From Deltaproteobacteria bacterium (GTDB taxonomy: Bacteria > Desulfobacterota > SM23-61), in contig JACRCA010000114.1 in the NCBI GenBank assembly GCA_016234425.1, positions 1-38,027 on the forward strand: DNA of 38,027 nucleotides, given 5' to 3'. The notes below the pieces were generated by a model that saw only the letters and a program-made list of their open reading frames with translations, was not told the origin of the DNA and made no database searches. A program made the position numbers and the translations under genes. Within the stretch, counting starts at the first letter, position 1, and the number at the start of each line of letters is the position of its first letter. Positions 16,061 to 24,537 of the stretch are shown piece by piece.

Positions 16061-16776
16061 AAACATCGAGCGGACCTACCCGAGATGGAGGAAGGCATAG
16101 GCGAGGGTGGAATGGAGTTGAAGACAAGAGTGAATCCCACCAGCGTGAAGAAATCTTGGAACTCTTGTGGACGATGCGAGAGATGGGGAGGACCAACCTC
16201 GACGAAGTTCTCGAGGTTGCTGAAGGAGAAGAGTGGAAGCGTCTTCTTGCGGAGATGGAGGCCAGTGGGTGGATCTCCATTCACGAAAATCAGGTGTCCC
16301 TATTGAACGAAGGAGAACGGCGGGCCGAAGAGATCATCCGCCGGCATCGACTTGCTGAAAGATTGCTTTCCGAAGTCTTCGAGATCGAGGAGAGTCATAT
16401 GGAGTCGAGTGCCTGTCAGTTTGAGCACATTCTGAGCCCCAAAGTTCTGGACAGCGTGTGCTCTTTTCTAGGCCATCCGCCCATTTGCCCTCATGGCAAA
16501 CCGATCCCCCGGGGCCCCTGCTGCGCCCGATTCAAGCGGGAAGTCGAACCCTTAGTCCGCCCTCTCTCCGACCTGAAATTGGGGGAGGAAGGGAGAGTTG
16601 TTTTCATTGCCCCCCGGTCCCGTTTCCGCCTGGAGCGACTGAGCGCCTTAGGATTAATTCCCGGGTCGGTTGTGCGCTTGGCCCAAAGACGTCCGTCCTA
16701 CGTGTTGGAGGTCGGCGAGACCGCCTTGGCCTTGGATGAGGAGATCGTGCGGGAAATTTATGTTAAAAGAGTTTAA
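16057..16776 (+). CDS. DtxR/MntR-family metal-dependent repressor with C-terminal FeoA/SH3-like domain
   Basis: RRHRLAERLL...ACQFEHILSP...LGHPPICPHGKPIP is the DtxR dimerisation and metal-site region. The C-terminus LSDLKLGEEGRVVFI...LGLIPGSVVRLAQR...LEVGETALALDEEIVREIYV is FeoA/SH3-like. Confidence 0.85.
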   Translation: MKTSSGPTRDGGRHRRGWNGVEDKSESHQREEILELLWTMREMGRTNLDEVLEVAEGEEWKRLLAEMEASGWISIHENQVSLLNEGERRAEEIIRRHRLAERLLSEVFEIEESHMESSACQFEHILSPKVLDSVCSFLGHPPICPHGKPIPRGPCCARFKREVEPLVRPLSDLKLGEEGRVVFIAPRSRFRLERLSALGLIPGSVVRLAQRRPSYVLEVGETALALDEEIVREIYVKRV

Positions 16777-16790
16777 GAGATAAATCTCTT
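16775..16790 (+). terminator. Weak hairpin after the DtxR-family gene
   Basis: AAGAGA-TAAA-TCTCTT forms a 6-bp AT-rich stem followed by TACAATTT. A poor T-tract. Confidence 0.2.
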
Positions 16791-16851
16791 TACAATTTAT
16801 CTAAAAGGGCTTATCCTGCCATAGGGATCGCCAAAGGAGAATTACTCTCCC

Positions 16852-17142
16852 ATGCGCTTATTCGGGTTAAGTCGAAAAAAATACCTGCTATGCTTGGCCG
16901 GTTTAGTCTCCGGCATGGCCTTTTTCACCCTATTCGGGGGCCGGGACTTAATGCAAATTTACCAGTTAAGGGCAGAATGGGATAAGATTAAAGCAGCCAA
17001 TGTTCGCTTACGCGAGGAAAATCAGAAGCTTGCCGAACAGATCGAAAGAATGAAGCACAGCAAGGAGGAAGTTGAGAAAATTGCCCGGGAGGAGCTCGGG
17101 CTTGTTAGAAAGGGAGAGATTATCTATCATTTCGAGCCATAA
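16852..17142 (+). CDS. ftsB: Septum formation initiator FtsB/DivIC family
   Basis: 96 aa. N-terminal TM segment, then a coiled coil (QLRAEWDKIKAANVRLREENQKLAEQIERMK) and the conserved tail IAREELGLVRKGEIIY. Confidence 0.75.
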   Translation: MRLFGLSRKKYLLCLAGLVSGMAFFTLFGGRDLMQIYQLRAEWDKIKAANVRLREENQKLAEQIERMKHSKEEVEKIAREELGLVRKGEIIYHFEP

Positions 17143-17428
17143 GACCTGCCCCAGGAATAGGAAAGCATCCCTGGATCTTTTCCCGCAACTTTTTTATCGA
17201 TTTGATTAGAACTTTATCAGAGACCCTGTGTCAAAATTGACTCATAGGAATAGAAAACTCGGCACAGGGGAGTGCAAAAGTGTACACTCGCCGCTTCCGA
17301 AAAAGGGTCAATAAGGGGGCGAGGGAAAGAAAATCCGTTGTACAGATCAGAAATTCTTCCCCAGCTATAAATAAATTCTGCAAATAAAATTAAATACTTA
17401 AACGCCCTTCGGGAATAATTATTATATA

Positions 17429-17454
17429 TAATTAAGCTTACTTATGCTTAATTA
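17429..17454. promoter_or_regulatory. Perfect 9-bp inverted repeat (possible operator) upstream of the XRE gene
   Basis: TAATTAAGC-N8-GCTTAATTA, about 110 nt upstream of ATG 17565. The AT-rich context makes a chance occurrence plausible. Confidence 0.2.
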
Positions 17455-17564
17455 AGTAAAAATATTGGCAAATTTCATACTATGTGGAATTATTTTTGCA
17501 TTATTTTTTATGGGGCCTTTGCTGAAAGGCTTCTTAAAACTTTAAAATTAGGCCCGGGAAAAAA

Positions 17565-17762
17565 ATGAATTCGCTTAAGAAGTATCGAGAAAAGCTCCTG
17601 TTGAGCAAAGCGGAACTGGCCCGAAAAGCCGGAATCTCTACACTAACCATCGATCGCGTGGAAAAAGGGAAAAACTGCCGCTTGGAAACGAAAAGAAAAA
17701 TCATTCTCGCCCTTGGTTTGAAGCTATCCGACAGGGCAAAGATTTTCGGAACGGAGAGATGA
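17565..17762 (+). CDS. XRE-family helix-turn-helix transcriptional regulator
   Basis: 65 aa. LSKAELARKAGISTLTIDRVEKGK is a canonical Cro/C1-type HTH. Confidence 0.8.
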   Translation: MNSLKKYREKLLLSKAELARKAGISTLTIDRVEKGKNCRLETKRKIILALGLKLSDRAKIFGTER

Positions 17763-17888
17763 CCCCCTTTTTCCCAAGCTCGGCTGGCAGACTATGAGAA
17801 GAGGAAAGATGCCTAAATGAAACTCTCGAAAAATGAAAGGAAAATTGGAAAGACCCGAAAAAAGGTGGAAAGGAGAGGAAGGCAAATC

Positions 17889-19043
17889 ATGAGGCAAATG
17901 CGATCTTTCGTGGCCCTCTTTTGTTTAATATCTGCGACCTTTGGGTATCTAATAGCTACAAGCTCGGCCCAAGAAGGGGTTGCATCCGGGCGTTTACTCA
18001 CAGAGCAGGAAGTTGCCACAGAAAAATTCTTCTCCAGCTTGGAAGCTGCCCTGGCTAAAAAGTTTTTTGACCACCGCAAGCGGCCTGTTATTCGAGTGGC
18101 CATCTTCGATTTTACAGATGAGGCAGGCAATGTGGTAAAGTCCGGTAGAGAATTGGCCGATAAGATCACCAGGCGTCTGTATGGTAAGCCTCAATTTGAG
18201 GTGGTTGGCCAGGGGAAAATTAACCGTTATTTGAGTTGGAGTGGGCTCAGCGCTTTAGGGAAGCTGGATGCCGAAAGCCTGTATCGCTTACAACGCCGGA
18301 TCAATACGATGGACCCTAACAACGGAATCCATGTCCTGGTCAGAGGGGAAGTGAAGAAAGGAGTGGGTCGAAGCCTTCGCGTTTCAGCCTCATTGGTCGA
18401 TTTTCGATTCAGAATCGGGGCCATTGAGTTGGAAAAAAACATATTTGATCACCTGGCGTTGACAACAGAAATCCCCCTGCCAACGGAACAAGCGTTGCAA
18501 GAGGCTAGCGAAATTCTAATAGCGGGAGAGAAACGCCTGCAAGAGGAAGGTCGACTCCTGATCTTGGTCAACACTCGGGGAAACCCCCTTTTGGAGACCG
18601 AATATGGCCGCCATTTTAGCAAGGATCAAGCCTTTCCTTGGGCGAAGATTCCTCATGTCCTTACCCTCGGGAAGGCCGAAGTAATCATCCCCGAACAGCT
18701 CAGAATTGGACTGGAAAAGCTTCTTCTCTCACCCTTGGGGAGCGGGAGGAACTCTAAAGGATTGGAATACTCCTTTTTGCATGGCAAATGTGCCACTAAC
18801 GAGGTCTATTTCGATGAAATGATTCCCGCGCAAAGCTACCGCTTGACTACCAGCTTCCTTGACCTAAAAACCAACGAAACTTATTCTCAATCCTCGGAGG
18901 TCCAGGTTGATGCTGGGGTTACGACCCTCGTAGTCTTGTCCATTTATGTCCCCAGCGAAAAGGAGCGAATCCGGAACAAGGAGACTCCGCGAATTGATGT
19001 CTTTCAGCTTTTCGGCAAAGGGATGGAGATTTTGCCGAAGTAA
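17889..19043 (+). CDS. Secreted protein of unknown function; N-terminal domain resembles the LpoB/TolB-N-type scaffold (VAIFDF motif)
   Basis: Signal peptide MRQMRSFVALFCLISATFGYLIATSSA|QEG after GGAGAGGAAGG (17870-17880), spaced 8 nt from the ATG. RVAIFDFTDEAGNVVKSGRELADKITRRL...VLVRGEV...LRVSASLVD follows the pattern of periplasmic scaffold domains. The rest is not recognisable. An alternative start at ATG 17817 would add a 24-aa basic N-region. Confidence 0.65.
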   Translation: MRQMRSFVALFCLISATFGYLIATSSAQEGVASGRLLTEQEVATEKFFSSLEAALAKKFFDHRKRPVIRVAIFDFTDEAGNVVKSGRELADKITRRLYGKPQFEVVGQGKINRYLSWSGLSALGKLDAESLYRLQRRINTMDPNNGIHVLVRGEVKKGVGRSLRVSASLVDFRFRIGAIELEKNIFDHLALTTEIPLPTEQALQEASEILIAGEKRLQEEGRLLILVNTRGNPLLETEYGRHFSKDQAFPWAKIPHVLTLGKAEVIIPEQLRIGLEKLLLSPLGSGRNSKGLEYSFLHGKCATNEVYFDEMIPAQSYRLTTSFLDLKTNETYSQSSEVQVDAGVTTLVVLSIYVPSEKERIRNKETPRIDVFQLFGKGMEILPK

Positions 19044-19054
19044 ATAGGGGAAAC

Positions 19055-20107
19055 ATGGGACTCTTTGCTAAGAAAGATTTGATCGGTTTAGATATCGGAT
19101 CGAGTTCCATCAAGGCGGTGGAGTTAGATTGGGGGAAGAAAACTCCGAGGCTTAAACATTTCGGGATGATCCCCTTGCCACCGGAGGCCATCGTGGATGG
19201 CGCGTTCATGGATTCAGCCAGTATCGTGGAATCGATCCGCAGCCTGATTGAAGGGCTGAGAATAAAAACCAAGAAGGTGGCCGTATCCATCTCGGGCCAT
19301 TCGGTGTATATCAAAAGCATCAACGTTCCGACCATGTCGGAGACTCAACTGGAAGAAAGTATCAAATGGGAAGCCGAGCAGCAAATTCCCTTCGACATAG
19401 AGGATGTCAGCTTGGACTTTCAAATCCTGGATGAACAGATGAGCCCCGAGCAGATGCCCGTCCTTTTGGTGGCGGCTAAGAAAGATATGATCAACGATTA
19501 CACGGCTGTGATCGAAGAAGCTGGCCTGCAACCGACAATTGTGGACGTAGACGTATTCGCCATCGAGAACGCGTATAACTTAAGCTTCGAATCTCCGGAA
19601 GATGAAGTTGTAGCCTTGGTGAACATCGGGGCCAGTGTTATGAACATAAACATTCTGAAAGGGGGAACCTCAGCCTTCACCCGGGATATCGCCATTGGCG
19701 GTCGACAGATCACGGAGGAAATCCAAAAACGTCTGAAGCTCACCTATGAGGAGGCCGAATCCTTGAAAATCAGAGAGCGGGATGCTGGAACTCAGAGCGC
19801 GGAAGTAGAACGGATCATTCGGGGAACGGCAGAGCAGTTAGCCTCCGAGGTTCGGCGTTCTCTGGAGTTTTTTGCAGCTTCTTCTTCGGGGGTTGAGATC
19901 AAGAAGATTTTCCTCAGTGGGGGATGCGCCAAGATTCAGATCCTTCCCGGCCTAATCGAAGAGCGTATCTCTATTCCTGTAGAAGTTTTTAACCCCTTTA
20001 CCAAAATTGATTACAATCCGGATATATTCGACCCTGAGTATATCAAGCAAGTGGCCCCCTTAGCCGCAGTGGGTGTGGGATTGGCCTTGAGGAGAGAGAG
20101 GGATTAA
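19055..20107 (+). CDS. pilM: Type IV pilus assembly protein PilM (actin-like ATPase fold)
   Basis: GLDIGSSSIKAVEL..., FAIENAY, IGASVMNINIL and AFTRDIAIGG. 350 aa, followed by pilNOPQ. Confidence 0.9.
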   Translation: MGLFAKKDLIGLDIGSSSIKAVELDWGKKTPRLKHFGMIPLPPEAIVDGAFMDSASIVESIRSLIEGLRIKTKKVAVSISGHSVYIKSINVPTMSETQLEESIKWEAEQQIPFDIEDVSLDFQILDEQMSPEQMPVLLVAAKKDMINDYTAVIEEAGLQPTIVDVDVFAIENAYNLSFESPEDEVVALVNIGASVMNINILKGGTSAFTRDIAIGGRQITEEIQKRLKLTYEEAESLKIRERDAGTQSAEVERIIRGTAEQLASEVRRSLEFFAASSSGVEIKKIFLSGGCAKIQILPGLIEERISIPVEVFNPFTKIDYNPDIFDPEYIKQVAPLAAVGVGLALRRERD

Positions 20108-20108
20108 G

Positions 20109-20675
20109 ATGATTCGTATCAATCTACTGCCGATCCGGGCGTTGAAGAAAAAAGAGAGCACACGGCGGATGTTTTCCGTCTTTTTTCTCTCCGTGGGCTT
20201 ATTGGCTTTGGTAATTCTTTTCTTCCATATCTCCCTTTCCAGACAGATCAGCGATGTGGAAGCCCAAATGGCCCGCAATAATGAAGAAATCAAGAGGCTT
20301 AAAATAGATACCCGGGATGTTAACAAATTTAAGACGGAGAAGGAAGACCTGCAGCGGCGCTTGAATGTCATCTATACTCTGCAGCGGGCCAAAACTGGAC
20401 CGGTGCGGGTGCTGGATGAGCTGGCTATGGCGCTTCCGGGGAAGCTCTGGCTTACCTCGCTGAAAGAAAAAGATGGGAAGATGGAGATTAGAGGCCTCGC
20501 CATGGATAATCCGACGATCGCCCAGTTTATGACTAATCTGGAGAAAACTGGGGTGATCAAGAATGTAGAATTAGTCGTCTCTCAGCAACTGGAGCGGAAA
20601 GATTTGAAGCTTAAAGAATTCACCCTGACTTGTCAGGTAAATTACGGGAGCGCCCCGAGCGGTCCCGCTTCTTGA
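20109..20675 (+). CDS. pilN: Type IV pilus assembly protein PilN
   Basis: MIRINLLP N-terminus (the PilM-binding peptide), a single TM segment, a coiled coil and a ferredoxin-like C-terminus. Position in the operon supports the call. Confidence 0.85.
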   Translation: MIRINLLPIRALKKKESTRRMFSVFFLSVGLLALVILFFHISLSRQISDVEAQMARNNEEIKRLKIDTRDVNKFKTEKEDLQRRLNVIYTLQRAKTGPVRVLDELAMALPGKLWLTSLKEKDGKMEIRGLAMDNPTIAQFMTNLEKTGVIKNVELVVSQQLERKDLKLKEFTLTCQVNYGSAPSGPAS

Positions 20676-20687
20676 GGAAAAAGCACC

Positions 20688-21323
20688 GTGGCCCTTACTT
20701 TAAATAGCATCGTCAAATTGCCGAAGTCCAAAAAGATCCTGATCTTGGTGGGAGTCCTCGCCTTGCTCTCGGGGCTTTATGCTTATCTGGTCTACCTGCC
20801 CACTTCAGGGGAACTTGATAATAAAAGAAAAGATATGGGTAAACTGGAGACACAACTTCGGGAACTGCGGACGATCGCCGAGAACATGAGGCGTTTTCAG
20901 GCTGAAGCGGCCAAGCTGCGGGAAGAACTGGCGGTCGCCGTGGCCCAACTTCCCACGAGCAAAGAAATCCCCTCTCTGTTAGCCAACGTCTCCAACCTGG
21001 GGAAGGAAGCAGGGTTAGAATTCCTCCTTTTCCGCCCCACCCCTGAAGTTGGCCGGGAGTTTTACGCGGAGATTCCCGTAGAAATCAGAGTGAAGGGCAG
21101 CTATAATGCTGTGGCTGTCTTCTTTGACAAGGTAGGGAAACTACCCCGGATCGTGAACATTTCCAGCCTCACGATGGAGGGAGCGAAAGAGGTTTCTGGG
21201 AGATGGGAGATTGCCACTGCTTGCACAGCCACCACGTTTAAATTCATCGAAAAGCCAGCAAGTGAGCTAACCAAGGATAAGAAAAGTGAGGAAAAAAAGG
21301 GAGCACCTCCCAGTAAGAAGTAA
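20688..21323 (+). CDS. pilO: Type IV pilus assembly protein PilO
   Basis: GTG start, single TM segment, a coiled coil, and a C-terminal core with EIPVEIRVKGSYNAVAVFFDKVGKLPRIVNI, typical of PilO. Confidence 0.8.
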   Translation: MALTLNSIVKLPKSKKILILVGVLALLSGLYAYLVYLPTSGELDNKRKDMGKLETQLRELRTIAENMRRFQAEAAKLREELAVAVAQLPTSKEIPSLLANVSNLGKEAGLEFLLFRPTPEVGREFYAEIPVEIRVKGSYNAVAVFFDKVGKLPRIVNISSLTMEGAKEVSGRWEIATACTATTFKFIEKPASELTKDKKSEEKKGAPPSKK

Positions 21324-21336
21324 TGAACGCTTTCCT

Positions 21337-21888
21337 ATGAAAGGATTTGGGTTCATTTTGCTTTTCAGCGTCTCTCTGGTTTTGGGGGGGTGCGGAGGAG
21401 AAGCACCAAAACCGACAAAAGTCCCCATGCCTCCGGTTGGGAAAAAGCCTGGCGTTCCTGCTCCGATCCCTTCCCCGACTATCGTGGAAGCGAGAGCACA
21501 AGCCGCTCCCGTGGCGATTTATACATATGACCCAAAGGGGAAACCTGATCCTTTCAGACCCCTGGTTGTGGAAAGGCCAGAGACGCCACTACCTCTAAAG
21601 CCCAAGAAGGTCGAGGAGGTTTCTGCGGGGGGGGTCACGCCTCTGGAAAGGATGGATTTGGCCCAGTTGAAGCTGGTCGCCGTCATTTGGAATGTTCCTG
21701 ATCCCAAGGGCATGGTTGAGGATGGAACGGGAAAGGGATACGTCCTTTCTATCGGAACATCCATCGGAAAGCACAAAGGGAAAGTCACCCAAATCACGCC
21801 CAAAGGAGTGATGGTCAGCGAAAAACATGAGACTTCTCCAGGGAAGTTTAAAACTCATGAGGTTACCCTCAAGTTGTATCCGGAATAA
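21337..21888 (+). CDS. pilP: Type IV pilus lipoprotein PilP
   Basis: ATG 21337 gives MKGFGFILLFSVSLVLGGC with a lipobox. A Pro-rich linker is followed by a beta-domain (DPFRPL, LKLVAVIW...GMVEDGTGKGYVLSIGTSIG). Position is between pilO and pilQ. Confidence 0.75.
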   Translation: MKGFGFILLFSVSLVLGGCGGEAPKPTKVPMPPVGKKPGVPAPIPSPTIVEARAQAAPVAIYTYDPKGKPDPFRPLVVERPETPLPLKPKKVEEVSAGGVTPLERMDLAQLKLVAVIWNVPDPKGMVEDGTGKGYVLSIGTSIGKHKGKVTQITPKGVMVSEKHETSPGKFKTHEVTLKLYPE

Positions 21889-21904
21889 TTAATAAGGAGG
21901 AGAC

Positions 21905-24385
21905 ATGGAGGTATTTTTTAAAAAATCTTATCTGCGCCTTTTTTGGGGGGTGTTGATCATTCTGTTTTTTGCCTCCCCTTCTTTCCCTCAGGCTCCGCCA
22001 GAAAAAGCTACGCCTTTTTCTATCTTAAAGATTGAGATGACGGAGACCAGTAAGGGTTCACGGGTGACGATCGAGGGCTCAAGGGCGTTTGATTATGCGG
22101 CATATAAAATGGCCAACCCCCTTCGGGTGGTGGTGGAATTACCCCAAGCCCAACTGGGAAAATTGGTTGGGCCGATCGAGGTGCAAAACGGGATAGTCAA
22201 TGTAATTCGTAACATCCAAGTTGAAGACCCAACAAAACCCGGAGCTCGTGTCGAGATTGCCCTTGAGCAGAATGTGGAGTACTCCCTTGAATCTGAAAAA
22301 AATCTGCTGTATGTGGACTTGGTCCGACCCAGCGCTGCTGTCGAGGTAAAAGAAGAAAAAAGGGAAGCTTTAGTGGAGAAGCCCCTAAAACCAGCGAAGG
22401 TGTTAAAAGAGTTAGACATCTTGGCCAAGACGGATTGGGTGAAGGTGGATCTCAGGGGGGATGGCACGATGCCGGACCATAAGAGCTTCCAATTAACTAA
22501 ACCTTCTCGTCTGGTCGTGGATCTTCCCCGGTTGAGTAATGCTTCTTCAAAGAGGAACATTGACGTAGGGAGCAAATTGTTAAAAGATATTCGCATCGGT
22601 CAGCACCCAGATAAATTGCGCTTAGTTTTTACTTTCCCGGAAACGAGAATCCCTCCTTTCCAGTTGGCTAAAGAGGGCGAGAGCCTCACCCTCCTATTGG
22701 CCAGGACCCAAGAGGAGATGCCTGCCAGAGAAACCCCTCCAGTTGCCCCACCTGCAAAGCCAGTTGAGATTGTGGAAGCGATCCCCAAAGCTGAAGCGGT
22801 GCCGAAAGCCGAAGTAGTGGCCAAAGCTGAACCAGCCCCCAAAGCCGAGGTAGAACCCAAAGTCGAAGCTGTACCCAAAGCCGAAGTTGTGCCGAAAGCC
22901 GAGGAAGAACCCAAACCAGAGGTAGCCCCTAAGGCCGAAGCTAAGCCAGAAGCCGCCGTTCCTGCGCCGGAGGAAAAGCCCGAGATTCCCGAAAAAAAGA
23001 TTCCAGCCGAGGTCAAACCGGTACCAGCAGAGGTGGTTAAGCCGGTAGTGACTCCATACAAAGGGGCAAAGATTTCGCTGGATTTCAAAGATGCAGACAT
23101 CCACAATATTTTTCGCCTGATTGCGGAAGTGAGTAACTTGAATATCATTACCACCGAAGACGTAAAGGGGAAGATCACCATTCGACTGGTGAATGTTCCC
23201 TGGGATCAGGCTTTGGACGTTATCCTATCGACGAAAAATTTGATAAAAATCGAAGAAGGGAATGTTCTCCGTATCACGACCATCGAGACTGTGAAGAAGG
23301 AGAGGGAGGACAAGCAGAAAGAAGAAGAGAGTTTACTCAAAACTCGCGAGACTAAATTGAAGCTGGAAGAACCCGAAAGAAAGATTTTAAAAGTAAATTA
23401 TGCCGATGCCACTGAATTGCAAAAGCTCCTCTTAGAACAGAAAGAATTGGGGAAAGGCTTTCTTAGCCCTCAGGGTTCGGTGAAGGCCGATAAGCGCACA
23501 AACACTTTAATCATTCAGGATATTCGCAATAGATTAGAAGCAATTGAGCAACTGATCAAAGATTTGGATAGTCCCACACCCCAGGTGCTCATCGAAGCCC
23601 GGGTCGTTCAGGCCCAGACGACCTTCGGACGCTCGTTAGGTAGCCCATGGGGTGGAAGCTCCAACCAGATCGGGGGGGGACAATGGTTTTGGGGGCTTAC
23701 GGGAAATAACCCGAGTGCTTCAGCTGGATGGGGATTTACGCCCAGTGCCACTGGAGCCAGCACTCCCTTAATCATGCCCTCCAATTTCGTGGTAAATTTC
23801 CCGGCTACCACTGCTAATACTCCGGTGGGAGGATTTGGAATTTCCTTTGGCAAACTGACCGGCAGTTTGGTGAACCTGGATTTGAGACTCCAACTGGGAG
23901 AGACTGATGGCCAGACAAAAGTGATCGCCCGGCCCAAACTGGCCACCTTAGATAACAAAGAAGCGCACATCAAACAGGGAGAAAAAATCCCCTACGAAAC
24001 CACTTCCCAGGCCGGAACTCAAGTGCAGTTCATCGATGCCGTTCTTTCTCTGAAGGTGACCCCTCATGTGACCCCGGATGGAAGTATATTGATGAAAGTG
24101 ATGGTGACCCGAGATGCTCGAGGAGCTTTCCGCAGCCCTATCAATCAGGTTCCCAGCATAGACAACCGCGAAGCCTCTACCGAGGTTCTGGTGAAAGACG
24201 GAGAAACCCTTGTAATTGGCGGAATTTATGAAACGGAAAAGAGCACGACCGAACATGGAATTCCCTGGTTGATGAAAATTCCCATCTTAGGATGGCTGTT
24301 TAAAAACCAGGAAGTATTTGAGAGTAAGAAGGAACTCCTCATTTTCATCACCCCCACCATCATCCAAACCAAAGTGGAGTCCTAG
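21905..24385 (+). CDS. pilQ: Type IV pilus secretin PilQ with two AMIN domains and a repetitive PKAE linker
   Basis: 826 aa with a signal peptide. Two AMIN-like modules (RVTIEG...[14 protein letters not shown] and VKVDLRGDG...[12 protein letters not shown]). N0/N1 region ([19 protein letters not shown]). Secretin core ([10 protein letters not shown]...[16 protein letters not shown]...ELLIFITP). Confidence 0.9.
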   Translation: MEVFFKKSYLRLFWGVLIILFFASPSFPQAPPEKATPFSILKIEMTETSKGSRVTIEGSRAFDYAAYKMANPLRVVVELPQAQLGKLVGPIEVQNGIVNVIRNIQVEDPTKPGARVEIALEQNVEYSLESEKNLLYVDLVRPSAAVEVKEEKREALVEKPLKPAKVLKELDILAKTDWVKVDLRGDGTMPDHKSFQLTKPSRLVVDLPRLSNASSKRNIDVGSKLLKDIRIGQHPDKLRLVFTFPETRIPPFQLAKEGESLTLLLARTQEEMPARETPPVAPPAKPVEIVEAIPKAEAVPKAEVVAKAEPAPKAEVEPKVEAVPKAEVVPKAEEEPKPEVAPKAEAKPEAAVPAPEEKPEIPEKKIPAEVKPVPAEVVKPVVTPYKGAKISLDFKDADIHNIFRLIAEVSNLNIITTEDVKGKITIRLVNVPWDQALDVILSTKNLIKIEEGNVLRITTIETVKKEREDKQKEEESLLKTRETKLKLEEPERKILKVNYADATELQKLLLEQKELGKGFLSPQGSVKADKRTNTLIIQDIRNRLEAIEQLIKDLDSPTPQVLIEARVVQAQTTFGRSLGSPWGGSSNQIGGGQWFWGLTGNNPSASAGWGFTPSATGASTPLIMPSNFVVNFPATTANTPVGGFGISFGKLTGSLVNLDLRLQLGETDGQTKVIARPKLATLDNKEAHIKQGEKIPYETTSQAGTQVQFIDAVLSLKVTPHVTPDGSILMKVMVTRDARGAFRSPINQVPSIDNREASTEVLVKDGETLVIGGIYETEKSTTEHGIPWLMKIPILGWLFKNQEVFESKKELLIFITPTIIQTKVES
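22784..22945 (+). repeat. About nine in-frame 18-nt tandem repeats encoding (P/A)K(A/V/P)Exx inside pilQ
   Basis: [54 protein letters not shown]. The units start at 22784, 22802, 22820 and so on. Confidence 0.85.
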
Positions 24386-24403
24386 AAAATTCCGTCGCCG
24401 CAG

Positions 24404-24431
24404 AAGGGCACCCCGAGGGTGCCCTTTTTTT
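24404..24431 (+). terminator. Rho-independent terminator after pilQ
   Basis: AAGGGCACC-CCGAG-GGTGCCCTT forms a 9-bp GC-rich stem followed by a T-run (TTTTTTT), 19 nt after the pilQ stop. Confidence 0.8.
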
Positions 24432-24537
24432 ATCTGGCTGGCAGCCAAAAGCTACTTCCCCAGGAAGGGTTTTCTTTAACCTTGCAGATGAAATAGGGTT
24501 GTGGTATTTTTTCAATTGGATGGTTTGGGAGGAAAGA

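Noticed and set aside
17486-17500. TGG-N-TTGCA resembling a sigma54 -24/-12 promoter upstream of the XRE gene
   Set aside because: The GG-to-GC spacing is one nucleotide short of the consensus, and the flanking bases do not match TGGCAC.
22784-22945. Regularly spaced short repeats considered as a possible CRISPR array
   Set aside because: The period is 18 nt with no unique spacers. The repeats are in-frame within pilQ and encode a Pro/Lys/Ala/Glu linker.
22600-23181. Minus-strand ORFs of 193 and 136 aa, rich in Gly/Ala/Ser/Thr or Phe/Gly
   Set aside because: They are antisense read-through of the PKAE tandem repeats inside pilQ, a low-complexity artefact.
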